Shown piece after piece: positions 1-12,365 of a stretch of DNA of 64,000 nucleotides. Every line of letters begins with the position of its first letter. Position 1 is the stretch's first letter. Position numbers and translations under genes: made by a program. The stretch is from Lytechinus pictus (Eukaryota): positions 4,528,001-4,592,000 of the forward strand of contig NC_087246.1 of NCBI RefSeq assembly GCF_037042905.1, read 5' to 3'. The notes under the pieces are model-generated. The model had not been told where the DNA came from. It made no database searches and saw only the letters and a program-made list of their open reading frames with translations.

Positions 1-2003
1 AAAAAGTTGCGAGCGAGCGAGCAAAAATTTTGACCTTTTTAATACAAAAATCAAATTTTGTGATAGATTTTGACATGATATCCAGGAAATAATTTATTTC
101 ACTCTTCTCTCTTTGCATTCCTTTTTTGTGGTCTGTACGCCACTGTGAACAGGATTCTTTGCGGCAGTAGCGTGAAGAGTAGAAAAAAAACGAGGGGCGC
201 AGTATGACACATGTGCTAAAAGCTGCTTAATATAAGTCCCGAGCGAGCGAAGCGAGCGAGAAAAAATCACCTTTTCATGAGAATCTAACTTTGAGATATT
301 TTAGAAATTATATTTAGTAAATAAAATGATATTCTACACTTTTCCTTTGCTTTTCTTTCCTCCCTTTTTGTTGTTCTTGTTTGTAGAACTTTTGGGGGCC
401 AATGGCCCAACCCTTCAATACTCATATACATGTACAGCAGCTATGCGGTAGGGGTCCGGAGCGGAGCCCCCGGAACTTCTTGATATCAAAGCCATTTAAA
501 CCTCGCAGATCGCCGCTATTTTAATCAAATCGCGGGTATATACAGAATATAGCTTTTACACATTTATTCAACCCAGTTGCGTAATGAACCAAAATTATTT
601 GAGGGGGCAAAACATAGCAATGTGGGAAAATTTACATCCTACATCCACTGCATGTTGGTTCTATACTCTTTCTATTTGTCATTATATTGATTTGTTTATG
701 CATTGTTTTTTATTGTTCATATAATATTGTATATTGTATATTGTACATTTTTAATGGATGTGAGTAAAGTGAATTGAATTTGTTAAAAGTTTTGAAATTA
801 AATTATAATTATGTGATAGACTTTTCCATTATATTCAGCAAATAACACATTTCATTGTTTCCATTCATTTCATTATACGTTGTCTCCTATAATTTATTTT
901 ATTTCCTCTTGGGTGTGGAACTAAGACCCCCCCCCCCCGCGCCTGTACGCCAGAGATTGAACGTGATTGAACGGGGGCGTTATAGAGCCATTTGATGGTT
1001 ATATAGATGAAGAGCCCCTATTGTGTGTGTTTGCTTATTTATGAGGCGCCGAATGTACCATTATTATATAGAACAATTATTTGTTATATAATCATTATTT
1101 ATTAAATAATAACTATTATTTATATATAATTTACATTTTATTTGTAAATAACTACTATTATATAAAATATCATTTCTAATTATTTATATATAATTCCAAG
1201 TAATACTTCATTATTTGTAAATAATAATAGTTCGACATTCCATTATTTATAAATAATGATTATTTGTTTTTCATTATTTATAAATAATGGAATGTCGAAC
1301 TATTATTATTTACAAATAATGAAGTATTACTTGGAATTATATATAAATAATTAGAAATGATATTTTATATAATAGTAGTTATTTACAAATAAAATGTAAA
1401 TTATATATAAATAATAGTTATTATTTAATAAATAATGATTATATAACAAATAATTGTTCTATATAATATTGGTACATTCGGCGCCTCATACTTATTGGCA
1501 TACAATTTAGCAAGCTTTTAGCACAACGTTGTATGCAGTCAATCTTTCTTCCCGCTCTTTATTTTGTATCCTCTGCAGCCCGGTCGCGTTATTATATTTT
1601 TCTTGTCCCTTTTCTTTGTTTTCTAATTTAGCTTTTGACTAATTCCATTCTTCCTTCGTTTCCCGCTATTGTTTGCCATTTTGTCATCTTTTAATTTATT
1701 TCCCATCATGCTATTGCATTACATAATGATAAGCCTATTTCGGAATAATTTGTTCTTTGTCAAATGTTCTTCTTTCGTACCTTTTTCCCGCTTTTTTTCC
1801 TCTTCCATTAACATTTTTTTTTCGTTTTCTTTTCACTTTTCCCTTTCCCTTTCCTTTTCCTCCATCCCTTTTCCCCTTTCCTCCCCCTTTCCTTTTCTTT
1901 CTCCCTCTTTTTTTTCCTTTTCCCGTTTTTTATTTTCCCGGTGAAATCCGCCAGGGGGGGGGCAGCTTGCCCCCCTGCCCCCCCCCCGCCTGTTACGCCA
2001 CTG
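1..2003. mobile_element. Cluster of non-autonomous DNA transposon ends/remnants (CAGTGGCGTA-type termini)
   Basis: Right-end-like motifs GTACGCCACTG (ends 145), GTACGCCAG (~945-953) and TTACGCCACTG (ends 2003), the latter two after poly-C tracts. GCGAGCGAGCGA motifs occur at 9-22 and 240-260. Left ends and TSDs were not resolved. Confidence 0.5.
1040..1490. mobile_element. 451-bp near-perfect palindromic MITE with 6-bp TSD
   Basis: Termini TATGAGGCGCCGAATGTACCA / TGGTACATTCGGCGCCTCATA. Arms of ~220 bp pair to a ~12-nt loop near 1260-1271. CTTATT is duplicated at 1034-1039 and 1491-1496. Confidence 0.88.
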
Positions 2004-3717
2004 GTGTCGCGGGATGAGAAAAAAAATTGCCTTTGCCTAATAGTCTCGCTAGTTTTGTCTCTGTATTTGGTTTTAGGGTAATGAGCAAGATGAGTTTCGC
2101 GAGTAACGACAAGCATGATAAGTGCTGGAGGCCCGGCTGGAGGCTACTTAATGATTTGAATTATATCTGATGAATTGGTTGTAAACATTTTGTTACCAAG
2201 ACAAAATGTAAACGAGTATAGGAGCAAAATGATTAATGTTTATCTCGAAGATTTAAATGTGAAGTCCCAGGAACCTAACCCTACTGTAATTGTAAGGTAG
2301 ACACTTAACTCTGCATAGCATGGCCTGCTACCCATCCGTGTCCAACACCTTAATAATGCACCGGAATTGAAACTCATCGAAATAGCCAAATATATCCTGG
2401 TAAAAGCAATACAATTAAGTGTGGCGCGTCAATTCTTATACCGATTTTAGGGGCGTAGCCAGAGAAATAAAACAATAATATCTTTTACCCTTCAAAATGT
2501 ACCTCTCGTCTAAAACATAGTAACTGTAGGCCTACAATTAAAAAATTAAAAAATAGGCTCACTGAAAAATATTCATAATTCATAGATAATTTTCCCGAAA
2601 AATAAAAAGTGGCTAAATATTATACATATACGTGGCATGATCTGCAATCAAATAACCAAGGGCATGCGCATTACTCGACAGATGATAAAAATATGATATC
2701 TTGAAAAATAATCTTAAAGTGATAAACGTCAATCATAAATCTAAATGAAATTCGGTACTTAATATCTACAATATATCTTATTTGGCTTCTTAGATTTCTT
2801 CTCAAGACCTATTGTTTTACAGTTTCCTTTCAATTTGTTAGAATGTATACGGGCGACAGTAATGGAAAGACCAAGAAGATACTTACCGTAATCAAAGTGT
2901 TGAATGTTGTGATAAAAGTGGATGCCTATTTCTCTCTCAAATCATACGTGCGAATTTGTATAATGATTGTCAAGCTTGTCGATCTTATATGGACAATGCA
3001 AAAGGAAAGGACAAGCTGCAATGAATAATGAAATATGGACACTTATCTTAAGCTCTTGACTCCTCTGAAGTCTTAGAATTAATGTGAGTTATACAAAAAT
3101 TACAGTCTTATCTGTATCATAATTTTTATAAGCATATAAAATTTATCGATGTTTTAAGTCACATGCACGCAAAAAAAAATAACAACAATTTGCTGGAGTA
3201 ACATTATGATCTACCCCTTCAATTTCTCATATTGATTGATTCCTGCTGATAAAGTATATAGGGATTATGTTTGAATTATTAGGCTGTCGATCATTAAAAT
3301 ACACCCGTGATTTGAATTAACAATATGAGACTCTCATGTTCACGAATTGATCTTTCCAGACGATTTTATTGCATTGTGAAGTTGTGATAAAATCGTTTAA
3401 AGTAAACATTCAAACTGGTCCAAAGTCCGTCTTTGTATAAAGGTAACTCCAATACTCATCAATTCTGTAACAAATCTTGCTATAAAAACATATTACCATG
3501 GCAGAAATGGGCATGATGATGTAGAGGCGGATCATTTTAGAGACAAAATGTTTAGACACAGCGGGGATAGAATCCGATCAGAATCCGAACATTGCAAGAA
3601 AACTTTATTTGTGATTAGAATTCAAGTAAACATTATTTAGGCCTCATCGACTTGAACTTTGTGCGTAATCTCGGACCCCCCTCCTTTTCTCTCGATCTTC
3701 TCTCCCCCCCTCTCTCT

Positions 3718-3991
<274 letters not shown>

Positions 3992-4147
3992 TCCCATTAT
4001 TATTGTGAATAATAATAATTATTATTATTATTATTAATATTATTATTATTGTTATTATCATTATTATTATTATCATGTACTTTATAACTATTCTTTTTAT
4101 TGCACAGTTCGAGCCTCCTTCTTCCCTACACTTATATTATTTGCATT

Positions 4148-6039
4148 CCCAGGACCAAAATCCAATTGAAACCAGTTGGATTTCCAACTGGTTTCAATTG
4201 GTTTCAATTGGTTTCAACTGGTTTCAATTGGTTTTAACTGGAATTTAACAATTTCCAATTGAAACCAGTTGGGCAACTGGAAATCCTAACTGGAACCAGT
4301 TGGGTAACTGGAAATGACTTCCAATTGGGAATGATTTCTAACTGGAACCAGTTGAGTAACTGGAAATCCCAACTGGAACCAGTTGGGCAACTGGAAATCC
4401 TAACTGGAACCAGTTGGGTAACTGGAAATGACTTCCAATTGGAAATGATTTCTTACTGGAACCAGTTGAGTAACTGGAAATCCCAACTGGAACCAGTTGG
4501 GCAACTGGAAATCCTAACTGGAACCAGTTGGGTAACTGGAAATGACTTCCAATTGGAAATGATTTCTAACTGGAACCAGTTGGGCAACTGGAAATCCTAA
4601 CTGGAACCAGTTGGGTAACTGGAAATGACTTCCAACTGGAAATGATTTCTAACTGGAACCAGTTGAGTAACTGGAAATCCCAACTGGAACCAGTTGGGCA
4701 ACTGGAAATCCTAACTGGAACCAGTTGGGTAACTGGAAATGACTTCCAATTGGAAATGATTTCTTACTGGAACCAGTTGAGTAACTGGAAATCCCAACTG
4801 GAACCAGTTGGGCAACTGGAAATCCTAACTGGAACCAGTTGGGTAACTGGAAATGACTTCCAATTGGAAATGATTTCTAACTGGAACCAGTTGGGCAACT
4901 GGAAATCCTAACTGGAACCAGTTGGGTAACTGGAAATGACTTCCAATTGGAAATGATTTCTAACTGGAACCAGTTGGGCAACTGGAAATCCTAACTGGAA
5001 CCAGTTGGGTAACTGGAAATGACTTCCAACTGGAAATGATTTCTAACTGGAACCAGTTGGGTAACTGGAAATCCTAACTTGAACCATTCAGTTGTGTAAC
5101 TGGAAATCCTAACTGGTACCAATTGGGTAACTGAGATGACTTCTAACTGGAAAGATGGGTAACTGGAAATGAATTCTAATTGGAACCAGTTGGGTAACTG
5201 GAAATTATTTCCAATTGGTTTCCAATTGGAAATTTTCCAGTTACCCAACTGGATCCAATTGAAACCAGAAATTTGCATATTATTTCCCAGTGTGCACAGA
5301 TTAATGTTTTATGAGATTAATCATCATTAACAATGTATCTATTTAATTCTTTACAATTTCAAGTACCACACTTTTTAAAGATTAGTATTTAGAATACTTA
5401 GCAGTGAAAACCATGTTCATAAATGTTATAGATTATAATTAAAACAGATTAAAGGATAATTAGTACACCACTAACTGTTACCAAATTACATCAAATAAAA
5501 GTACATATATTTGAAGATCTTCCATATATATATATATACATGAAAGTCTGTATTTTATCAATGCCATTTACATTGGTAATAATAGACATATAACACTGCT
5601 TCTGTGTTGGCATGATAAATAGTTACTGCAAATGCTAATTAATTTGTAACTAATTAAGTTCGTTCCAACTGGAAGTTCCAATTGGATCCAGTTGGAAACC
5701 AATTGGTTTCAACTGGTTCCAGTTGAAACCAGTTGCCTCCAATTGGTTTCAACTGGAACCAATTGAAACCAGTTGCCTCCAATTGGATTCAATTGGTTTT
5801 AATAGGGAAATTGGAACAACTGGCACCAATTGACAACAATTGCCAACTGGTTCCAGTTGCCCAATTGGTTTTAACTGGAACCAATTGGCAACTGGTTTTC
5901 AATTGGTTTTTAACTGGAACCAATTGGCAACTGGTTTTCAATTGGAACCAGTTGTTCCAATTTCCCTATTGAAACCAGTTGGCCAACTGGTTTCAATTGG
6001 TTTTGCCCTAATTGGTTTTAACTGGATTTTGGTCCTGGG
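4148..6039. mobile_element. Non-autonomous foldback element (CACTA/EnSpm-like, CCCAG termini) with satellite-like subterminal arrays
   Basis: 17-bp TIR CCCAGGACCAAAATCCA / TGGATTTTGGTCCTGGG with TT on both flanks (2-bp TSD). AACTGG/CCAGTT/CCAATTGG arrays at ~4165-5270 and ~5665-6020 flank an AT-rich core. Confidence 0.8.
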
Positions 6040-6937
6040 TTTCATCATTTTAATAATTGCAAGGGGATTGACGTACAAATGTAAAAAAAGGTTGTGATCC
6101 ATTTCATGATACACTGACAGGTCCTAGCTAAAAGCGGTGCATCTTTTTGTGAACACATTGCAGTGCAATTTTTGTACAGTGAGTGCCAGAAATAAGGCCG
6201 ATAGGTTATATAATATTACATAATCGTGTATCTCTCTCGAGCATCTTTGAGATATCACAGACCTGCATGAACGCTCTAGCTCTATGTATATATACGGGAG
6301 GTATTATTATATTGGATACAGCATTCCCTAGCTTTGATCGCTGCGAAGATTCTGATCATCGGTTCCTTCAAATTTTCAATACCTTAATACAACCTGCACA
6401 CTGGTACATACACTCGGTTACGAGTTCTCTCATTCTTTATTTACTATTTCAAAATCATCAGTGGATGGATATCCAATATGAATATATCTCGCAGAGTAGG
6501 ATCCGAAGTATGATCTATAGGCGTAGAATGCAGAAGAGGTGAATTGCAGATTCATTGAAAGTTGTGATCCTTCCTATATGCCATTACCATTCGCGAATTA
6601 ATTTCGTAAATGGTCGAGATGGCTACGTGACCACTTTCTCTATCGAACCGATGTCGACAGCGCCAAATATATTCTTCGTCTACTATCCATTGACTTTTAC
6701 ATGAAAGGATCTACCATCCAATATACATGCATGTATAATGGGTTTGTGTTTCACGGACGTAGTAATGGATAATTTCATTTGAAATGTTTGACTTGGGAGG
6801 TACTGATCTGATTAGCAGTTAATCTTCATCACCCTTGATCTTCATCGTTGTAACCCCAATTTGAGCATTACTACATTAATTATTATGCACGTATAGTGCC
6901 AAGATAGACTTGATTAATATATATCCAATTGAACAAC

Positions 6938-7033
6938 ATGAATGAAGAGGAAGCATCAAGAAAATGGTACTCAGTCCGGAAGGATGATTTCAAGTTAACG
7001 TGTGATTGTATTGATGAGGTTTTAAAACAACAT
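6938..7033 (+). CDS. rost: Rolling stone-like protein, coding exon 1
   Basis: ATG 6938, MNEEEASRKWYSVRKDDFKLTCDCIDEVLKQH, donor GTAAGT at 7034 in phase 0, in frame with exon 2. Confidence 0.65.
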
Positions 7034-7371
7034 GTAAGTATTTATGATATAGGCCTAAATACTGTGTTCCTTGTAAATTCATGGTTTATACTATCATGGT
7101 TGCGTATAATTATGATTTAATGAAAAGCTTGTTTGTTTATGGTATCAAAATTTCCCAAATTCTAATATATGAATACGCCAATATTGCGGATGTGTGGGTG
7201 TGTGTGTGACACCAATTCCCCCCCCCCCTCTCTCTCTCTCTACATATCTGGGCGCCATTTTCACTAGTAATTATTCAATTGTTGCAAGTACCATATGGAA
7301 ACTTTGATTGATGGTAATGTATTGATGTAACTCCTCGTACCCATGACTTCATTTTATATTCTCTCTTCCAG

Positions 7372-7600
7372 GGTCGTATTCCTTTCATCATTTACGCTAT
7401 CTACCGTTTGGTTTTGGCTCTATACTTCTTCACATTCCTTATCTTCTTTGGCGTAAGCAGTGCCGAATTTCTTGGAGTCAAATTCCTCATCTACCTGACC
7501 GATTGGACGTACATATTAGCGACACTTTATCTTATAGTTGCTTGTTTCAACACCATCGCGACCACGAGCTGTTACTGCATTGGTGGCTGCATAGGAAAGG
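7372..7600 (+). CDS. rost: Rolling stone-like protein, coding exon 2
   Basis: Pyrimidine tract plus CAG acceptor. Encodes GRIPFIIYAIYRLVLALYFF...KFLIYLTDW; YR and YLTxW are family motifs. Donor G|GTAAGA in phase 1. Confidence 0.8.
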
Positions 7601-8322
7601 GTAAGATTTGCGGATTGCATGCTCAAGATACCAATCAACATAATCAAAGTGAAGACAATTTTAAAGGATCTGTGACGCCTTGGACCTGTTGCATAAAATA
7701 TTTTTTTCAATGGGTTATTGTCAATGGCATAATTTTGTTTGCCAGAGTATCTCATGGCAAAAGTTAATATGCAACAGACCCCTGCTGGGCATGCTTGTCG
7801 GTATATGACGGCCTATGGCAGTTAAATTCTTTTATTATTTAACCAAATTTCTCGATTTTAAGATTTATAACATCTTGATATTAAAAAGTGATATCAAGAT
7901 GTGAATTAAATTGATATCAATAAATGGGATTAAATGATGAGACAACTTGTCATAGTTACGTACGTCAGCATACGCTGACTTAGAGGTCGAGGTGCCTTAG
8001 AGATGTATATGTTGGTTCATACTTAATTGAGTTCGAAACTTATAAGAACTCCAAATGGTTGACTGAATTAGTGTTATGATCCTCGACAGAAGTGGACAAG
8101 TGTCCCGTTTTGTGATCAATGAAATGGTTTCAGTAAAATAAAACAAAAATGTGATAGTGTGTGGAAGAGCGAACTTCAAAATGACAGGTGATAACCAGTT
8201 AATATCATGACCTCTGTAAAATTGCTGGTGTAAGTGTCCCACCACACACATACTCTAATGGGAGGGGGGGGCTTTATATTTCCTTCCTTTATTTGATTTC
8301 CTATTTACTCCATTCATTACAG

Positions 8323-8828
8323 GCGTTGTAAGGAATCAGTTTCAGTGGCTCCTGCTTAACATATCCGCGACGGTATCCATGATTGTCACCGTCGTCTACT
8401 GGACAGCACTCCGCCCTTTCATGAACGAAAAACTCCCAATCTATCTCGACATCACCATCCATCTCTTACCCGCCATCATTTGCCTCGTCGACATCCTCCT
8501 AACTACTGTTATCGTCCGCTTCGTCCATGTCGTATACCCGTTCGTCTACCTCTTCATCTACCTCCTCTTTGCCGTGATTTACTGGGCGGCAGGTGGAACA
8601 GATCCCGCTGGAAATCCCTTTATATACCCTATCATTGACTTTGGAAATTATCCCGGGATCGCCGTAGCGTCAGTATTCGGGGTTTGTTTGGCAACGTTAC
8701 TGGCACAGGCGGCGTTGAAGGGTTTATACGCGTTGCGCCATCGTTATATTGACGAACTTAGACTAACTGGAACAATATCTCATCACAGTCATGAAGTGTT
8801 AGAAGTTCAGCTTGAAGATCAAAGCTGA
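8323..8828 (+). CDS. rost: Rolling stone-like protein, coding exon 3 (276 aa total)
   Basis: TTACAG acceptor in phase 1. Encodes QWLLLN...VTVVYW...ITIH...RFVHVVYP...Y..F..IYWAAGGTDPAGNPFIYPIID, typical of rolling stone/FAR-17a-like membrane proteins. TGA ends at 8828. Confidence 0.85.
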
Positions 8829-9164
8829 AGTAAACAAATCCGTAAACCCTAACTGATATCAAACAATAATTAATCTTCGAGAATGCAAGTCATCTTACAT
8901 ATATTTTTAATGAATTTACATAATGGAGTACAACCTTGCATTCTGCACGTTTAACGTTACATAATTATACATGTAGTATGTAATTCGAAAGTCTGAAAAG
9001 CACGAGCTGTTTTTCATAAATGAAAATACAGCGTTTAAAACGGAAATAATGAAGATTATTCAGTCTGCGTAAAAAAAAATATCACCAGAACTCATTGTGA
9101 AGTTAAATTGACAACGCTTCGTTAGAATGAGACGGGATGAAAGGGTTATTGACTCTTATTCCTG

Positions 9165-9292
9165 CTGTTGCTGTTGCTGCTGCTGATGATAATATAATGA
9201 TGATGATTTTTTAGATAATGAGGATGATAAGGATAATGGCGTCGATATGATAAAGACAATAATGATGACGATGGTGGTGGTGGTGGTGGTGG

Positions 9293-9323
<31 letters not shown>

Positions 9324-9345
9324 AGTGATGATGGATGATGATGAT
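9165..9345. repeat. (GAT)n/(GGT)n low-complexity tract
   Basis: Directly visible trinucleotide repeats. Confidence 0.85.
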
Positions 9346-9539
9346 CAATGGCATACCGTGGGTCACGGCATTGGTCAGGCACAAGCAAAAATTTTAAGTC
9401 ACTTAGTGGACGCGCAAAGCGCGCTCAATTGCCAGGTAAACTGACCTAATATAGACATTTTAAGGACTGTCCCATTAAACGGATATGTACCTCACTGATC
9501 AAATAATGCAAGCGCGAAGCACAAACTGAAAATTCTCCA

Positions 9540-9699
9540 CTTGCCATAGGTCAAAACTAGTTTTCGGCTAAATACATTTGTTTATACAGGGCCAAAATTA
9601 TGGAACTCCCTTCCTTCTTCATTGAAGCAATCAGTTAGCCTTAGTGTTTTTAGAAACAAGTTAAATACCGATTTACTGAAGAAATACTTAAATCAGTAA
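9540..9699 (+). mobile_element. 3' fragment of CR1/L2-group LINE ORF2
   Basis: Translates to TFVYTGPKLWNSLPSSLKQSVSLSVFRNKLNTDLLKKYLNQ*, matching the conserved G.KLWN.LP...S...FK..L C-terminus of these RTs. Confidence 0.75.
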
Positions 9700-10290
9700 A
9701 CGAATGCCTGCTTGTTATATCTCGTCTAACTTTATAAATTGTGAAATTGTGTTCAAAATTTAGAATAACTCATTAGCTGTGATTAAAAATTTGAAACATT
9801 ATTCAAAATCATTAATTTCTGCCATTTTTTCCTCTTCATTTGCCCCATTGTGGTATTTCCATGTGTAATCGACATATCGTTTAACATGATTTTACATGAT
9901 TTTATTCTGTTTTTTAGAGAGAGAAAGTGCCGATTCATAGTAGGCCGATAATGAAACCTACGGCAACTACTATTTCAACAACATATGCCTATTTGCCAAA
10001 GGAACATTATAGGTCAGCGGTAGGCTTGACATTGTAACTATTTAGCTTGAAATCGTGAGAGCCCCAAGCAATACATAAAATAAACTGATGCAACTTAAGT
10101 CATTTCCACATTTCAGGGTTCAATAGCGGGAAGAATCCCCCCATACAAGTAAATTGGAAATGGAATTCTTGTTAAACAAGTTTAAAAATAGTTATGATGT
10201 TGGCCTCAGAGTTGTTTATGAGATAGATAGCGACGATATGTTGCTATATTTATAGTAGTAAAACCCATTTCCTGTTTTCTTTAAGCTTTC

Positions 10291-11178
10291 CTATTCACAC
10301 CAGTATCTACAATAATGAAGGATGAAATAGAATGCGCAAATTAAAACTGAGGAAACTGAGAGTGAACCATAGGAGACTAGTTTCTTTAAGTCAAGTGGAT
10401 GATTAATTGGCGTGCTGGTTGAGGTGTTGTGTCGGGGAATAAAAACGGGGTAGGTTGTTCCATCATGGTCAATAGATGGTGTTGACTCAGTTATAGGTAA
10501 GGTGGCATTGAAGCAAGTTTCTTTGATGAGTGTATCATTCATAGGATTCCATTCCCAATCATCACACGAACATCCATTCATGCTTTGGCCTTGGAAAGAT
10601 GAACAACAATACACAGGATCAGAATGCCTAACAAGAAATTTCTGCTTGATGATTTTTCCACTCTCTCTCGGCTTGTGCAACGGCTGTATCGTCAATCCAC
10701 CTTGGAAACACACAATCTGTCCTGGCGAACTTCCTGCTGATGCCGAACAAAGTATTCTGGTCCATTTTGCGCCATCCTTGCTTCTTGATTCACAGGTTGT
10801 TTTACCTAGAGGATAGGCAACATCCAATCCAATTCTTACATCCTCTTGAACACTTTCTCCTTGCTTGTAAGCACTGAGAACATACATCCCTGCGTCCTCT
10901 CTAGAAACCTGAATTATTTCCAGATGAAGTGTACAAAGATTTTCCATCCCAGTAACATTCAGGATGGCTATTTTATAATTTGGTGGCAATACTGTCTTAC
11001 CAATTGAACCATATAACGCAGGTCTTATTCCATTGCGGAGAGTTACCGTGGTACTTTCGCATGGATATTGGAACTTAAGTTTCACATCCCCTCCTTCTTG
11101 TACTGTAATTGATGCACATCCATCTAATAGAGCCGTTGTAACAATCAGAATAAGAATGTTAATTATCGGCCTCCCCAT
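10291..11178 (-). CDS. Type I membrane protein with N-terminal Ig-like (V-set-like) domain, 295 aa, single coding exon
   Basis: Long ORF in AT-rich DNA. Signal peptide MGRPIINILILIVTTALLDGCAS; Ig strands VQEGGDVKLKF and LHLEIIQVSREDAGMYVL; second Cys-rich domain; S/T/P stalk; TM segment near the C-terminus. An acceptor TTATTTCAG ending at 11196 implies a non-coding upstream exon. Confidence 0.8.
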   Translation of the reverse strand: MGRPIINILILIVTTALLDGCASITVQEGGDVKLKFQYPCESTTVTLRNGIRPALYGSIGKTVLPPNYKIAILNVTGMENLCTLHLEIIQVSREDAGMYVLSAYKQGESVQEDVRIGLDVAYPLGKTTCESRSKDGAKWTRILCSASAGSSPGQIVCFQGGLTIQPLHKPRESGKIIKQKFLVRHSDPVYCCSSFQGQSMNGCSCDDWEWNPMNDTLIKETCFNATLPITESTPSIDHDGTTYPVFIPRHNTSTSTPINHPLDLKKLVSYGSLSVSSVLICAFYFILHYCRYWCE

Positions 11179-12037
11179 CGTTTCTTTCCTCAAAGCTGAA
11201 ATAACAATCATAGAAATAAACATCCTGTAACATTTCAATGTGTATGCCTTGATGAACCCTTCAACAAAGTTTCCGAACAAGAGTGAATTTTGACACACAA
11301 TCTATCGACAAACATGAATTATCTTATGGAACCTTTATGTTTATGGGGATCAAAGTATAATTATTTTTAACTATCGTGTATATATTTGCTAACTGCATGG
11401 ACTTTCAATCTAATAAAATTACTTTTTTTATAGGTGTTTTCCACTTATTTGGTGGCATATAGAAAGCGAAGTAAAATACATTTTTAGTGTGTTGATCACT
11501 TATTTATTCCCCTTTTAAATTAATCAACTTAATCTTGAGGCGGCTTGGCCTATAAACTGATTGTGGCAATTACAGTTGAAACGGTTTTAGGTTTGAATAT
11601 GAACAGCATGTCATATAGAACGTATATCTATTTTAAAAAATAGTTCTAGGCAAAGACGTTCAAATGGGATTTTTTCAATAGTTAAATATAGTTTAAATAG
11701 TTTTTAAGTATGCCTATACAGCTTATTAAAGACAGGAAAGTGGAGAATCTGGAACGGGAGCAACGTTAAATTAAGGCTTGTAGGTAAGGCTTATTCATTT
11801 CATTAAAAGGAATTTTAAGGAATATATACATTTCTTGTTCTGCAAGTATGGTGTTTTGGGTTTTATATCTTCGTAGAAAACAGTGGCTGATTTTCCTTCC
11901 CTTATGCCTCCTTCCAACTTTCATGCGATCCGTTGCGAAAACCACGATTGGCCTTTCCTAACAGATCGCGAAAATGTTTGGACCATTCAAAAATTTGTCT
12001 ACGATCAATACGATTGCCACGACTGATCTGTTACGAA

Positions 12038-12365
12038 CTGATATGACGTGATACGATCTGATATGACGTGATACGATCTGATATGACGTGATACGATCTG
12101 ATAAGACCTGATACGATCTGATATGACCTGATACGATCTGATATGACCCGATACGATCCGATATGACCTGATACGATCTGATATGACCTGATACGATCTG
12201 ATATGACGTGATACGATCTGATATGACCTGATACGATCTGATATGACGTGATACGATCTGATATGACGTGATACGATCTGATATGACGTGATACGATCTG
12301 ATATGACCCGATACGATCCGATATGACCTGATACGATCTGATATGACCTGATACGATCTTATATG
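12038..12365. repeat. 20-bp minisatellite (CTGATATGACSTGATACGAT) x~16
   Basis: Directly visible; each unit consists of two related 10-mers. Confidence 0.95.

Noticed and set aside
4259..6097. Repetitive Trp/Asn-rich ORFs and a CRISPR-like appearance
   Set aside because: Tandem satellite inside a TIR element; no unique spacers, no cas genes, eukaryotic context.
6183..6542. 119-aa ORF upstream of rolling stone
   Set aside because: GTG start, no recognisable motif and no splice link to the gene.
11179..11298. N-terminal 40 aa of the 335-aa ORF
   Set aside because: Non-ATG start; it overlaps a splice acceptor, and the signal peptide begins at ATG 11178.
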